28,573 bases of DNA from a virus (taxonomy: Duplodnaviria > Caudoviricetes). Within the stretch, counting starts at the first letter, position 1; the number at the start of each line of letters is the position of its first letter. Below are positions 9,138 through 18,193 of this stretch, piece by piece. The translations under genes were made by a program, and so were the position numbers. The notes beneath the pieces are model-generated. The model was given only the letters and a program-made list of their open reading frames with translations. It was not told the origin of the DNA and ran no database searches. The stretch is from IMG/VR virus record IMGVR_UViG_3300038393_000605, positions 1 to 28,573 of that record. One strand, given 5' to 3'.

Positions 9138-9549
9138 GTGGTCGGTTGAGGGAATCCCTCACGATCAGGTTTTGGAAGTCTGGCCCACAGTCGGGCCGCT
9201 GATTGAAAAAGCTCTTGAGAGAGGGCGCGGAGAAATGGGGCCGGACGATGTTCTGGCCCTTTTGCTTTCCAGGGACATGCAGCTTTGGGCCGCGAAGCAT
9301 GGCGGTCGGATCAAAGCCGTCTGCACGACGCACATCCTCACGTTCAAGACCGGCCTGAAGGTTGCGCAACTCGAACACGCGGCCGGAATCGGGATGCGTG
9401 AATGGGCCGACAAGGGCCGAAGAATCTTAGAGGCATGGGCCGTCGCCAACGGGTGTCAGGAAATCCGGGGCGGTGGGCGAGAGGGTTGGGGGCGGGTTCT
9501 CGGATGGGGGCCCGCCTACGTAATTTATGCGAAGCGACTGAAGGATTAA
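9124..9549 (+). CDS. GNAT-like assembly protein (T7 gp13/P22 gp14-like position)
   Basis: Probable TTG start at 9124 with GGGAAG upstream; VWP.V.PLI.KAL, QLW and E.WA..NGC..I...GREGW.R. Confidence 0.65.
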   Translation: MTGGEWSVEGIPHDQVLEVWPTVGPLIEKALERGRGEMGPDDVLALLLSRDMQLWAAKHGGRIKAVCTTHILTFKTGLKVAQLEHAAGIGMREWADKGRRILEAWAVANGCQEIRGGGREGWGRVLGWGPAYVIYAKRLKD

Positions 9550-9553
9550 GGCT

Positions 9554-10447
9554 ATGCCGGGTGGTGGTGGATCAAGCTCGCCGTCTACGACGACGACCGT
9601 TCAGAAGGCCGACCCGTGGGCGGGGCAAATGCCCTTTCTTCAGGGCGGGGCCGACGTAAATGGGAATCCTGTCCCCGGCATTTTCCCCGAGGCGGCGAAG
9701 CTTTATCAGAACAACCCGCTCTCGTTCTTCCCCGGCCAAACCTACGCCAGTCCGTCCCAGGCTACGTTGGACGCGCAGAAGATGCAGACCGATATCGCAT
9801 CGCGCGGCGTGGCTGGTCCTCAAGCGGCTGCCGACCAGAACCTACAGGACACGCTTTCTGGGAAATATCTCGACATCAACTCCAATCCCTACTTGATGCC
9901 CGCCGCAAATAACATCCTTGCGAGCGTTCTGCCGCAGGTCAATTCGCAGTTCGCCGCATCGGGCAGGGGTAATTCGGGCCTCGCCTCCCGCGCCGCCTCC
10001 CAGGGCGCTACGGACGCCTTGGCCACTCAGGCGTTCAACAACTACAACGCCGAACGCACGCGCCAGATGCAAGCGGCCCAGTTGGCCCCCGCGGCGATGC
10101 AGGCCGATTATCTTCCCGCGGCGAAACTGGCCGAGGTGGGCGCGGCGCAAGAGGACGTTACACAGCAAGGCATCAACGATGCGATGCAGCGGTTCCAGTT
10201 CAACCAGCAAGCTCCTTACCAGCAGCTTGGACTATACAACTCGCTTATCCAGGGCAACTACGGCGGTTCAACGAGCGGCACCACGGCCACGACTCTCCCT
10301 CCCCGCTCGATCGGAGCGGGGTTAATCGGCGGTGGCGTTGCCGGTGCAGGTTTGGGCTATCTGGCTGGCAATGCTCTTGGGCTTACGGGAGCTCAGGGAG
10401 CGTTGCTTGGAGGCGCCGGCGGCGCGGCTCTCGGGGGGCTTCTGTAA
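9554..10447 (+). CDS. DNA ejection (pilot) protein 1
   Basis: MPGGGGSS..TTT..PW start, SNPYL, SQF..SGR, Gln/Ala-rich helix and Gly-zipper tail. Confidence 0.7.
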   Translation: MPGGGGSSSPSTTTTVQKADPWAGQMPFLQGGADVNGNPVPGIFPEAAKLYQNNPLSFFPGQTYASPSQATLDAQKMQTDIASRGVAGPQAAADQNLQDTLSGKYLDINSNPYLMPAANNILASVLPQVNSQFAASGRGNSGLASRAASQGATDALATQAFNNYNAERTRQMQAAQLAPAAMQADYLPAAKLAEVGAAQEDVTQQGINDAMQRFQFNQQAPYQQLGLYNSLIQGNYGGSTSGTTATTLPPRSIGAGLIGGGVAGAGLGYLAGNALGLTGAQGALLGGAGGAALGGLL

Positions 10448-11773
10448 ATGGCTGACTTCATGGGCGGACTGTTGGGGGCCGATGATCCAGAACAGCAGAA
10501 CGGCCTTCTTGGCCTTCTCGGAATGCAAATCGGCGGTTCGATTCTAGCCAACAACCAGCCCGGGTCTACGACTGGGCAGGCGCTTGGTGCGGGGCTGAAC
10601 GCAGGTGCCAGTGGAATTATTCAGGCCCAGCAGCTTGGGGCGTTGAACGCCCAGCGTAAGGCACTCGCGCTGAAGAACGCGATGGAGACGAGGAAACTCG
10701 GCTACGAGGTCGGCAATCTTCAGAACCAGCAGACCGCGCTCAGCGGCATGTTCCCCGAACTGAACGGAGGCGCGAGTCCTACCGCTCCGGTGCAGAGTGT
10801 GGCCGCTGGAGCCTCCCCCGTTGTCCCCGCTGGCGTCCCGACCGGCCCTCAGGCTGGCGAAGATATGCTCAAGAGCATCGGCCTAACCAAAGATCAGGTG
10901 AAGGCCGCGCTGGCGTTCGGCGGTCCCGGTGCGGCTTCAAAGCTAATCGAGGCGGCGGCCACGAAGCGCATTGAGACGGGCCAGTGGGAAGACGTCGGCG
11001 GCGGGATGCAGCGCAACAAGCTGACCGGCGAAACCAAGCCGATGAGCCCTTCTCTGGTCAATGTCGCCGTCAACGGCCCGCAGCAGGAAAGCGAGTTCCG
11101 CAAGACCCTCGGGACGGAGCAGGGCAAGGATGCGGCCGGCATCTTCAAAGAAGCCGACTCTGCTCGTAACCAGCTCGTCAATGTCCAGCGCCTTAATCAG
11201 CTTGTCGATGAATGGAAGGCTGGCGGCGGTTCTCAGGGTCAACTTGCTCCATTGCAGGCGAAGATCACGGCCTATGCTCAGGCGGTCGGTATCGACCCGT
11301 CATCCCTGAATCTCCCGAAGGATGCCGGACCTTCCCAGGCTATTGACGCGCTCATGCGGAAGATGGCGCTCGGCAACATCGGCGGCGGTTCTGGCGGAAT
11401 CCCCGCCAACAACTTCTCGGAAGCCGACCGTAATTTCATTGTCGATATGCAGCCGACACTGAAGGACACCCCGGAAGGCTTTCAGGCGAAGCTTGAAATG
11501 GTCAAGCGCATGTCCGAGCGATCCACACAAAAAGAAGATATGTGGATGCAGATGGACGAGCAGGGCAAAAGCTTCTCCGACTTCCGCAGGGCGTGGGCGA
11601 AATACACGAAGGACAACCCGCTGTTCTCCGATGATGAGAAAAAGCAGATACGCGCCGTCGGCAGCGCAAAGCCCGCTCCGAGCGGCGGAATCAATGAGGG
11701 TGCTACTGCGACAAATCCGACGACCGGGCAACGCATCATTTTTAGGAATGGCCAATGGCAGCCGATTCAGTAG
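10448..11773 (+). CDS. DNA ejection protein 2
   Basis: 441 aa, helical; position after the pilot protein; C-terminal ATNPTTGQRIIFRNGQW module. Confidence 0.65.
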   Translation: MADFMGGLLGADDPEQQNGLLGLLGMQIGGSILANNQPGSTTGQALGAGLNAGASGIIQAQQLGALNAQRKALALKNAMETRKLGYEVGNLQNQQTALSGMFPELNGGASPTAPVQSVAAGASPVVPAGVPTGPQAGEDMLKSIGLTKDQVKAALAFGGPGAASKLIEAAATKRIETGQWEDVGGGMQRNKLTGETKPMSPSLVNVAVNGPQQESEFRKTLGTEQGKDAAGIFKEADSARNQLVNVQRLNQLVDEWKAGGGSQGQLAPLQAKITAYAQAVGIDPSSLNLPKDAGPSQAIDALMRKMALGNIGGGSGGIPANNFSEADRNFIVDMQPTLKDTPEGFQAKLEMVKRMSERSTQKEDMWMQMDEQGKSFSDFRRAWAKYTKDNPLFSDDEKKQIRAVGSAKPAPSGGINEGATATNPTTGQRIIFRNGQWQPIQ

Positions 11774-13200
11774 CACCCCCGGACGGCTTCGTAATCGACA
11801 GCCCGGCTCCGCAGGCGCCCGATGGATTCGTTCTGGATGGCGCGTCGCCAATGGGCTCCCTCCAGGACTACGGCAAGCAGGTTTACGGCTGGAAGGATTA
11901 CCCCAACCGCGCCACCCTTCTGCCGATGGCGGAGGACAAGCGGGGGAATATGCACTTCGCCATGCCGCAGATCGGCATTGACGCCCTTAACTCGCTTCTT
12001 CTCCCTGGATTCGCCGCAAAGGGCGGGCAATACACCTATGGCGATACTCTTGGACTGGCGGGAATGGCCTCCCCCATGTCGGCGGCGGGGCGGGCCGGAG
12101 AGTTGACCCCGGCCTTCGTGCGGCCCGGCGCTAAGACGGTCGCGCCCAAAATACCCACAACCAACGAGTTGAAGGCGGCCGCGAGTTCTGCCTACGATAC
12201 GGCCCGCGATATGGGGGTGACGTATACCTCTCCGTCCGTCAAGAGCATGGCGGACAATATCGAGCAAGCGCTCAACGCAGAAGGCCGCATTGGCGAATCA
12301 AACCCAGAACTCTTTGCTCTCCTTGGCAAGCTTAAAAACCCTCCAGAGGGCTCCTTCGTCACGCTCGACTCCCTCGAAGAACTCCGGAAGCGACTCGGTG
12401 ACATCGCCGGTTCGCCCGACAATGCAAAGGCTTCCGCTGCTGCTATCGCTAAAAATAAGCTTGATCGCTTTATTGAAAGCGGAACACCTGAGGGGGCTGG
12501 TTCGGGCAGTGCTATGGCTGGATCCGCTGCCGCCGAAGCGGGATTGCGGACCGCCTCAGGAAACCCAGAGGAAGCGGCTCGAATCCTCAAGGACGCCCGC
12601 GGAAATTCTGCCGCCGCTTTCAGAGCCCAAGATCTTGCCAAGCTCAGAGACATTACAGATCTCCGCGCAGCCGCAGCAAATTCCGGTCACAATCTCGGCA
12701 ATACCATTCGCGGCCGACTCGCAACCTTTCTGTCAAACGATTCGAACCTATCCGGCTTCTCGCCCGAAGAAGTAGCCGCCCTCCGTCAGATCGTGGAAGG
12801 GACGACCACCACCAACACGCTTCGGAATGTCAGCAACCTTCTCGGGGGCGGCGGCGGCCTCGGCGCATCCTTCCTTGGTCTTACCGGGGCTGGCATGGGG
12901 GCCATGAGTGGCAGTATGCCGTTGGCTGTGGCTGGCGCGGCCCTCCCTGTCGTTGGCGGGACATTGCGGGCTATTGGTAACGGCGTCACCAAATCGCAAT
13001 TGACTACTGCCGAGAAAATGGTGCGATCGCGCTCTCCGCTCTACGCCCAACGTGCGGCCAATCCGGCCTCAGTGCCGACCGCCAACATTGGCGCGGAGAC
13101 CTTGCGGAGGCTGGCCCTTCTGAAATCCCTCCAGGGGAACACGCAGAACACCGGCCCCGTCATTCCCGAAATGCAGCCTGCGGGGCTGCTAGATTACTGA
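11755..13200 (+). CDS. DNA ejection protein 3
   Basis: 481 aa, Ala-rich and helical with a hydrophobic Gly-rich segment; two N-terminal PDGFV(I/L)D repeats. Confidence 0.65.
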   Translation: MAADSVAPPDGFVIDSPAPQAPDGFVLDGASPMGSLQDYGKQVYGWKDYPNRATLLPMAEDKRGNMHFAMPQIGIDALNSLLLPGFAAKGGQYTYGDTLGLAGMASPMSAAGRAGELTPAFVRPGAKTVAPKIPTTNELKAAASSAYDTARDMGVTYTSPSVKSMADNIEQALNAEGRIGESNPELFALLGKLKNPPEGSFVTLDSLEELRKRLGDIAGSPDNAKASAAAIAKNKLDRFIESGTPEGAGSGSAMAGSAAAEAGLRTASGNPEEAARILKDARGNSAAAFRAQDLAKLRDITDLRAAAANSGHNLGNTIRGRLATFLSNDSNLSGFSPEEVAALRQIVEGTTTTNTLRNVSNLLGGGGGLGASFLGLTGAGMGAMSGSMPLAVAGAALPVVGGTLRAIGNGVTKSQLTTAEKMVRSRSPLYAQRAANPASVPTANIGAETLRRLALLKSLQGNTQNTGPVIPEMQPAGLLDY

Positions 13201-13204
13201 CCGC

Positions 13205-13510
13205 TCATTGGCAGGTCGTAACGGTCCCCTGTTGAACGCACGTCATCGGTCGTGCGTAGGTTGGGTGGCTGGATTGGTAAAGGTTAGAGCCGTACCCAAG
13301 CATACCCAGGCCAATGGCTTGATCGTGCTGAGTCTGCTGCGCCCTCATTTGGGCGGCCGACATTCGGCAATCGGCATACCGGGAATCGCTCGCTGAGATG
13401 CCCATGCTTTGGCAGAACGCGGCGTCTCTCTCGGCGGCTTTTCGATCCAAGTATTCCTGAGAACAGCCACACATCGCGAGCAAGAACGCGAGCGCAAACA
13501 CGGTCCTCAT
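13205..13510 (-). CDS. lipoprotein (moron; possible superinfection exclusion)
   Basis: ATG 13510 with GGGAGG RBS; MRTVFALAFLLAMCGC lipobox-type signal; paired cysteines; antisense to the late operon. Confidence 0.75.
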   Translation of the reverse strand: MRTVFALAFLLAMCGCSQEYLDRKAAERDAAFCQSMGISASDSRYADCRMSAAQMRAQQTQHDQAIGLGMLGYGSNLYQSSHPTYARPMTCVQQGTVTTCQ

Positions 13511-13535
13511 AGCGGCCTCCCTATTTAGGCCGAAC

Positions 13536-13564
13536 AGCATAGCCCCGGTTGGGGCTTTTATCAT
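13536..13564 (-). promoter_or_regulatory. sigma70-like promoter for the lipoprotein gene
   Basis: ATGATA-N17-TATGCT on the minus strand. Confidence 0.45.
13541..13561 (+). terminator. terminator-like hairpin before tail fibre 1
   Basis: AGCCCC-GGTT-GGGGCT followed by TTTAT. Confidence 0.55.
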
Positions 13565-13584
13565 GTCCAAAAAAGGCTAATAAA

Positions 13585-14571
13585 ATGGCGGGTTTCAACG
13601 ACTTTTCGACAACCGCAGCCTCCAATTCCTCCATCGGCGGTCAGGTTTGGGCCGAGGGCCAGCTTCCCTCCACTGTTAACAATTCCGCCCGCCAGCTTCT
13701 TGCCGACTTGGCCGATGTAAGGGATGGAAACGTCGTCGCTACCGGCTGGCACGTCAAGGCCAATGGGCTTGTGATTCGGGATCAGGCCGACACGACCAAG
13801 AAGGTCATCTTCGACGCCTCCAGTGTCTCGGCTGGATCTACCCGAACGATTGGGTTCCAGAACGCAGCCGGAACCGTCGCCCTGCTCGGCAATCTGGGGA
13901 TCAATTCCGACACGGAGGAAACGTCCCCAGCTACGGGGGATGCCGTCCCGTTCTACTCCGCGTCTGCCGGTGCGGAGCGGAAGATCACGCTGGCCAATCT
14001 GCTGAAGGTTATCGACTCTCTAACGGCTGAAACCGCCGGAGTGTCTGGCGATGAATTGGCCATCTACTCATCGTCTGCTGGCGCGGTCCGGAAGATCACC
14101 CTCGCCAATGCTCTGAAGGTCATCAATTCGCTTACTGCGGAGACTTCGGCGGCGAGTGGGGACAAGATACTGCTCTATAGCGCGAGCGCCGGGGCGGTGC
14201 GAGCCATTACAAAGGCCAATTTTGCATCCCCAGGCACCCTCACAGCCGGCACGGCTGCGGTGCAGAATCCCTATGCAGCTAATACGATCACCACTCAGGC
14301 GCATGGCCTCGGAGCGGCACCAGCGATTCTGTCAGCCTACCTAGAATGTCTAACGGGAGAACTTGGATACAGTGCGGGCGACAGGGTTTTTGCGGGTTTC
14401 ACCGACAATAACGCTGGTGATGCGGGTTGTTCTGCCACCGCGGACGCAACCAGTGTCGTGCTGGCCACAGCAAGCGTTAAGCCGTTTGTCAACAACAAGA
14501 CGACTGGAACGCTTACCGCGATAACGGCCGCGAATTGGAAGTTCGTAGCGCAGCCCTACAAGATCAACTGA
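13585..14571 (+). CDS. tail fibre protein 1
   Basis: Start at ATG 13585; N-terminal anchor STTAASN..WAEG..PS.VNNSAR; three internal 37-aa repeats; C-terminal AHGLG..P module. Confidence 0.75.
   Translation: MAGFNDFSTTAASNSSIGGQVWAEGQLPSTVNNSARQLLADLADVRDGNVVATGWHVKANGLVIRDQADTTKKVIFDASSVSAGSTRTIGFQNAAGTVALLGNLGINSDTEETSPATGDAVPFYSASAGAERKITLANLLKVIDSLTAETAGVSGDELAIYSSSAGAVRKITLANALKVINSLTAETSAASGDKILLYSASAGAVRAITKANFASPGTLTAGTAAVQNPYAANTITTQAHGLGAAPAILSAYLECLTGELGYSAGDRVFAGFTDNNAGDAGCSATADATSVVLATASVKPFVNNKTTGTLTAITAANWKFVAQPYKIN
13900..14223 (+). repeat. three tandem 111-bp (37-aa) repeats in tail fibre 1
   Basis: Units start at 13900, 14011 and 14122; consensus I(N/D)SLTAET...GD....YS.SAGA.RKIT.AN. 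Confidence 0.9.
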
Positions 14572-14577
14572 GGCGAC

Positions 14578-14868
14578 CTACGCCGGATTGAAGTCGCTAA
14601 GCCTCGGCTTCTCGCGCTTCGCCGCTGGTATGCGCGGCTGCACGAGTCGCACAAACACGTCACGACAGGACTCGTACTCCAGGGTCCGATCCCGCAGCCC
14701 CTGCGAAACATACGCCCTGACATAGGGACTCTTGCCCATCGCAAGCGCGGGGATCGCGTCCATCCGGTCGAGAACGCGGTACAGCGTCCGCCACGGCGTA
14801 TCGGGCCGCAAATCGTCGTAGGTCGGAAGTGGCTTGCGCCAGAAAAGCCAATTCATCGCGTTTCTCAT
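14578..14868 (-). CDS. hypothetical protein (antisense moron between the fibre genes)
   Basis: 96-aa ORF filling the gap between the fibre genes, with a candidate promoter upstream; no recognisable motif. Confidence 0.45.
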   Translation of the reverse strand: MRNAMNWLFWRKPLPTYDDLRPDTPWRTLYRVLDRMDAIPALAMGKSPYVRAYVSQGLRDRTLEYESCRDVFVRLVQPRIPAAKREKPRLSDFNPA

Positions 14869-14892
14869 TCATAACGAACAATCAGTTTACGC

Positions 14893-14921
14893 AGTCTAGG
14901 CCCTCCGGGGTCTTTTTTCAT
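14893..14921 (-). promoter_or_regulatory. sigma70-like promoter overlapping a + strand terminator
   Basis: ATGAAA-N17-TAGACT on the minus strand. Confidence 0.4.
14898..14918 (+). terminator. terminator-like hairpin before tail fibre 2
   Basis: AGGCCC-TCCG-GGGTCT followed by TTTTT. Confidence 0.65.
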
Positions 14922-14940
14922 GCCTCTAGAAAGCTAGCAA

Positions 14941-15960
14941 ATGGCGGGATTAAACGACTGGTCCACCACGGCCAACAGCAATTCGTCCATAGGCCGGATG
15001 GTTTGGTCCGAAGGCATGCTTCCGAGCGGGGTTAACGATTCCGCCCGCAACATGGTGAGCCAGCTCCGTTATGAATTGGGGGCCAATTCCTCATCCTCCA
15101 CCGCAGGGGCGACAACCGATCTGGGGTCATTTGCCGAAGGACTCGTCGTTCTCTCCGGCAATGCAACCATCGGCAGCTTCGGGACCACGGGGACCGCTGG
15201 TCTGCGCAGGAAGGTCAAGGTTACAGGAACGCCGACGATTTCCTGCTCCACCGCAGGGGCGATTCAAGGCCCGACCAATGCGGCAATCGTCTGCCTAGCA
15301 AACGACACGTTTGAGGCGGTGTGTGAAGCCTCCGACGTATGGCGCATCTGGAATTATCAGAGGGCGGACGGGACGCCACTCTCCCGCGTCACAAACGCCA
15401 ATCTTGCCAAAATGGGGGCCAACACCCTCAAGGGCAACAACACCGCGTCTACGGCCGATCCTCTGGACCTGACGGTTGCGCAGGTCGGCGCCATGCTGAT
15501 TAACAGCGGCCGCGTGGTTCAAGAAGTTAGTTTCGAAACGGGTTCCGTCGCCACTGGCACGACGACGATGCCGTTCGACGACACGATCCCGCAGAACACG
15601 GAGGGCGACGAATATATGACGCTCTCGATTACGCCGAAGTCGGCAACGAACAAGCTGCGGATTGATGTCGTTCTCAATGTCGCGACGAGCGGAACGAGCA
15701 ACACGATGGTTGTGGCTCTTTTCCAGGATTCAGCGGCCGACGCGCTCGCAACATCTGTTGCGGCGAATTACGCCGCCGGAGCCCCCACGACCATTCCCCT
15801 TTCACACACACTCACATCGGGAACCACCTCGGCAACGACTTTCAAGGTTCGCGCTGGGTACGGTGGCGCCGGGACGACGACATTAAACGGCTCTGGCGGC
15901 ACTCGAAAGCTCGGCGGCGTGCTCATCTCCAGCATCAAGATCACCGAGTACGTGCCATGA
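14941..15960 (+). CDS. tail fibre protein 2
   Basis: N-terminus paralogous to fibre 1; modules ATTDLG..YQRADG, VTNANLA.M.ANTLKGN and a C-terminal GRVVQ..ITPKS..KITE domain. Confidence 0.75.
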   Translation: MAGLNDWSTTANSNSSIGRMVWSEGMLPSGVNDSARNMVSQLRYELGANSSSSTAGATTDLGSFAEGLVVLSGNATIGSFGTTGTAGLRRKVKVTGTPTISCSTAGAIQGPTNAAIVCLANDTFEAVCEASDVWRIWNYQRADGTPLSRVTNANLAKMGANTLKGNNTASTADPLDLTVAQVGAMLINSGRVVQEVSFETGSVATGTTTMPFDDTIPQNTEGDEYMTLSITPKSATNKLRIDVVLNVATSGTSNTMVVALFQDSAADALATSVAANYAAGAPTTIPLSHTLTSGTTSATTFKVRAGYGGAGTTTLNGSGGTRKLGGVLISSIKITEYVP

Positions 15961-16358
15961 GCACGTCACTCGGGGCGGTTCTCGGCTGGAAATTCGACAA
16001 CGAACCGGGGATATGCACCCTCCAGAAAGATGACGGGACGTGGGAGATCACGGCTTGGCCCGCCTCATTGGGAGATCAACCCACAGCCGAGGAGATTGCA
16101 ACCTACACCGCGGACTTCGAGGCGTTGCCTGTAGCCATCTCATACACGCCGCTCGATTTCATCGCCCGCTTTACGGACGCCGAACAGTCCGCGATTTCCA
16201 CCGCGTGTCTTTCAAACGCCGCGCTCAACCTCTGGATGATGAAGGCTATGGGCGCGCAGGAAATCGTCGTCACCGATCAACGCACGATTGATGGAATGAA
16301 CGCGCTCATTGCGGCAGGGCTGCTTACCGAAGCGCGGAAGACGGAAATTCTCGCATAA
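15957..16358 (+). CDS. tail fibre-associated/chaperone-like protein
   Basis: ATGA-coupled to fibre 2; W.....QPT..EI and FIARFT.AE..AI...AAGLLT..R..EIL motifs. Confidence 0.6.
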   Translation: MSTSLGAVLGWKFDNEPGICTLQKDDGTWEITAWPASLGDQPTAEEIATYTADFEALPVAISYTPLDFIARFTDAEQSAISTACLSNAALNLWMMKAMGAQEIVVTDQRTIDGMNALIAAGLLTEARKTEILA

Positions 16359-16444
16359 GCATTTTTCATTCTCAGCGCCGCTCCGGACCCGCTTGGAACA
16401 GGTCCGGAGCGACTTCCACGCCAACCTTAACGGAGTAAGGCAGC

Positions 16445-16702
16445 ATGGCAAAACCAAAGTTCAGCAAAAAGGTTAACGCCACGTTGCTGGCTGTTTTCCT
16501 CCTGTTTTCCACTCAGGCCCTAGCCTGTGAATTTCCCATCGCCCAGGAACGACAAGCCTGGATCGCCAATCAAGTGTTCGTCCTCTCCAAAGACGACCTC
16601 CCGAACGTGCTGATTGTGTTCGCTGTGAAGGGGTGCGCGAGCGCAGTAGCACCCATGTCAGCCAAATCATTCCGGGCCATGGCCGAGGGGCTTCCGGCAT
16701 GA
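16445..16702 (+). CDS. small protein with a Sec-type signal peptide
   Basis: Basic N-terminus, hydrophobic core and ALA cleavage site; AAGG upstream. Confidence 0.55.
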   Translation: MAKPKFSKKVNATLLAVFLLFSTQALACEFPIAQERQAWIANQVFVLSKDDLPNVLIVFAVKGCASAVAPMSAKSFRAMAEGLPA

Positions 16703-16896
16703 ACGGGGACGCGATCAAGACCGCCGGAGATTGGGCGGCCGGAGGAATCACCCTCGCGGTCATCATCGGGTGGCTGCCAACGATAGCCTCCGCGCTGACC
16801 GTCGTTTACATGACGATCCGGATTTGGGAGACGCCTACAAGCCGTAGGCTTCTCAAGGCCGTATGCGCCCGATGCGCAGAGTGGTGGGAGCGGTAA
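16699..16896 (+). CDS. putative holin (small membrane protein)
   Basis: ATG 16699 coupled to the upstream stop; 65 aa with a hydrophobic core, GWLP.IA....IRIWET.T and a basic tail. Confidence 0.6.
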   Translation: MNGDAIKTAGDWAAGGITLAVIIGWLPTIASALTVVYMTIRIWETPTSRRLLKAVCARCAEWWER

Positions 16897-17858
16897 TGCC
16901 CGAACCTCTCTGCACAGATGATGATTTCGTGGCCGTCTTTGAACGGGACGGCCCCGAGAAAACGAAAGAGACGTTCGGCTTCGCAACCATTCGGGGTGTT
17001 TATTCCCGGCGCGAAAGCATCGAGAGAAAGATCGGCCGGCAGATCACCGTTCCGGATAGGGGCCAGTCATTCAGGACCCGCCAGCACGTCGCCCATCCCT
17101 ACCGGGTTCACCTCGATATTCCCGAGGGCATCGTTCTCGTTGGCTCGGATGCTCACTATTGGCCCAAGCGCGTAACGGCAGCTCACCGGGCTTTCGTAAG
17201 GGCCTGCAAGGAATTGAAGCCCAAGGCCGTGATTATGAACGGCGACGTTCTGGACGGCTCTCGCATATCGAGGCATCCGCCGATCGGTTGGGAATCCCGC
17301 CCCGCGCTGGTCGAGGAAATAGAGGCCAGCAAGGAACGCCTTTCGGAAATCTACAGCGCAGCAAAGAACGCCAAGTTCGTCTGGACTCTTGGAAACCACG
17401 ATTCGCGCTTCGAGACTCGTCTAGCCACGGTTGCTCCGGAATACGCGAAGATCCACGGCGTTCATCTTCAAGATCACTTCCCGGAATGGCAACCAGGTTG
17501 GGCGTGCTGGCTCAATGATGATGTTGTCGTTAAGCATCGCTACAAGGGCGGCGTCCACGCCACGCACAACAACGCCCTGGCGTCGGGCAAAACGATGGTC
17601 ACCGGCCATCTTCACTCCCTCAAGGTCACGCCATACGACGATTACAACGGCACTCGCTGGGGAGTGGATACGGGGACGCTTGCCGCCAAAGAGGGCGAGC
17701 AGTTTGTCGATTACACCGAAGACAATCCTAGAAATTGGCGCTCCGGATTCGCCGTCCTGACCTTCCACAAGGGCCGCCTGCTATGGCCCGAGGTTGTGAA
17801 CGTTCGGGATGAAGAGGCGGGCGAGGTCGAATTTCGAGGGCGCACGTATGCAGTCTAA
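16896..17858 (+). CDS. calcineurin-like metallophosphoesterase
   Basis: All five motifs present: SDAH, NGDVLD, GNHD, H and GHLH; TAATG coupling sets the start at 16896. Confidence 0.88.
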   Translation: MPEPLCTDDDFVAVFERDGPEKTKETFGFATIRGVYSRRESIERKIGRQITVPDRGQSFRTRQHVAHPYRVHLDIPEGIVLVGSDAHYWPKRVTAAHRAFVRACKELKPKAVIMNGDVLDGSRISRHPPIGWESRPALVEEIEASKERLSEIYSAAKNAKFVWTLGNHDSRFETRLATVAPEYAKIHGVHLQDHFPEWQPGWACWLNDDVVVKHRYKGGVHATHNNALASGKTMVTGHLHSLKVTPYDDYNGTRWGVDTGTLAAKEGEQFVDYTEDNPRNWRSGFAVLTFHKGRLLWPEVVNVRDEEAGEVEFRGRTYAV

Positions 17859-18159
17859 GCGCCACTCCCGCATTGAAACGTCAACCAAGGTCATCATCGG
17901 AGCCATCGTTTCATGGACATTCACAATGGCGTTCCTGCCGCTCTTGGGGATTTCGCCGAATGCGCTACAGGCGGCGGTTATCACCTTAGCCTACATGCCG
18001 ATAAGCTGGATCACGAACTACCTTCTACGCAGGCTGTTCAACCGCCTTCATTCGCCCGCATCGTTGAACACCCGGACTTCGGCGCGGCCCTCCTGGTTTC
18101 CACCGGAGAGGGGCGGCCCTTCTACATTCCGAAATCCCGCAAGCAACTGGCGCAGATGA
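17848..18159 (+). CDS. two-TM phage membrane protein
   Basis: MQSK.HS.IE...IG and S....Y.LRR.FN frame two hydrophobic segments; the C-terminus is extended over another ORF. Confidence 0.65.
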   Translation: MQSKRHSRIETSTKVIIGAIVSWTFTMAFLPLLGISPNALQAAVITLAYMPISWITNYLLRRLFNRLHSPASLNTRTSARPSWFPPERGGPSTFRNPASNWRR

Positions 18160-18193
18160 TCGAGGAAGCGGCGCGGATCATGGCGAAGCTGCC

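Noticed and set aside
13585-15960. Diversity-generating retroelement or invertible fibre switch
   Set aside because: No reverse transcriptase, invertase, TR/VR pair or flanking inverted repeats; the shared sequence is N-terminal
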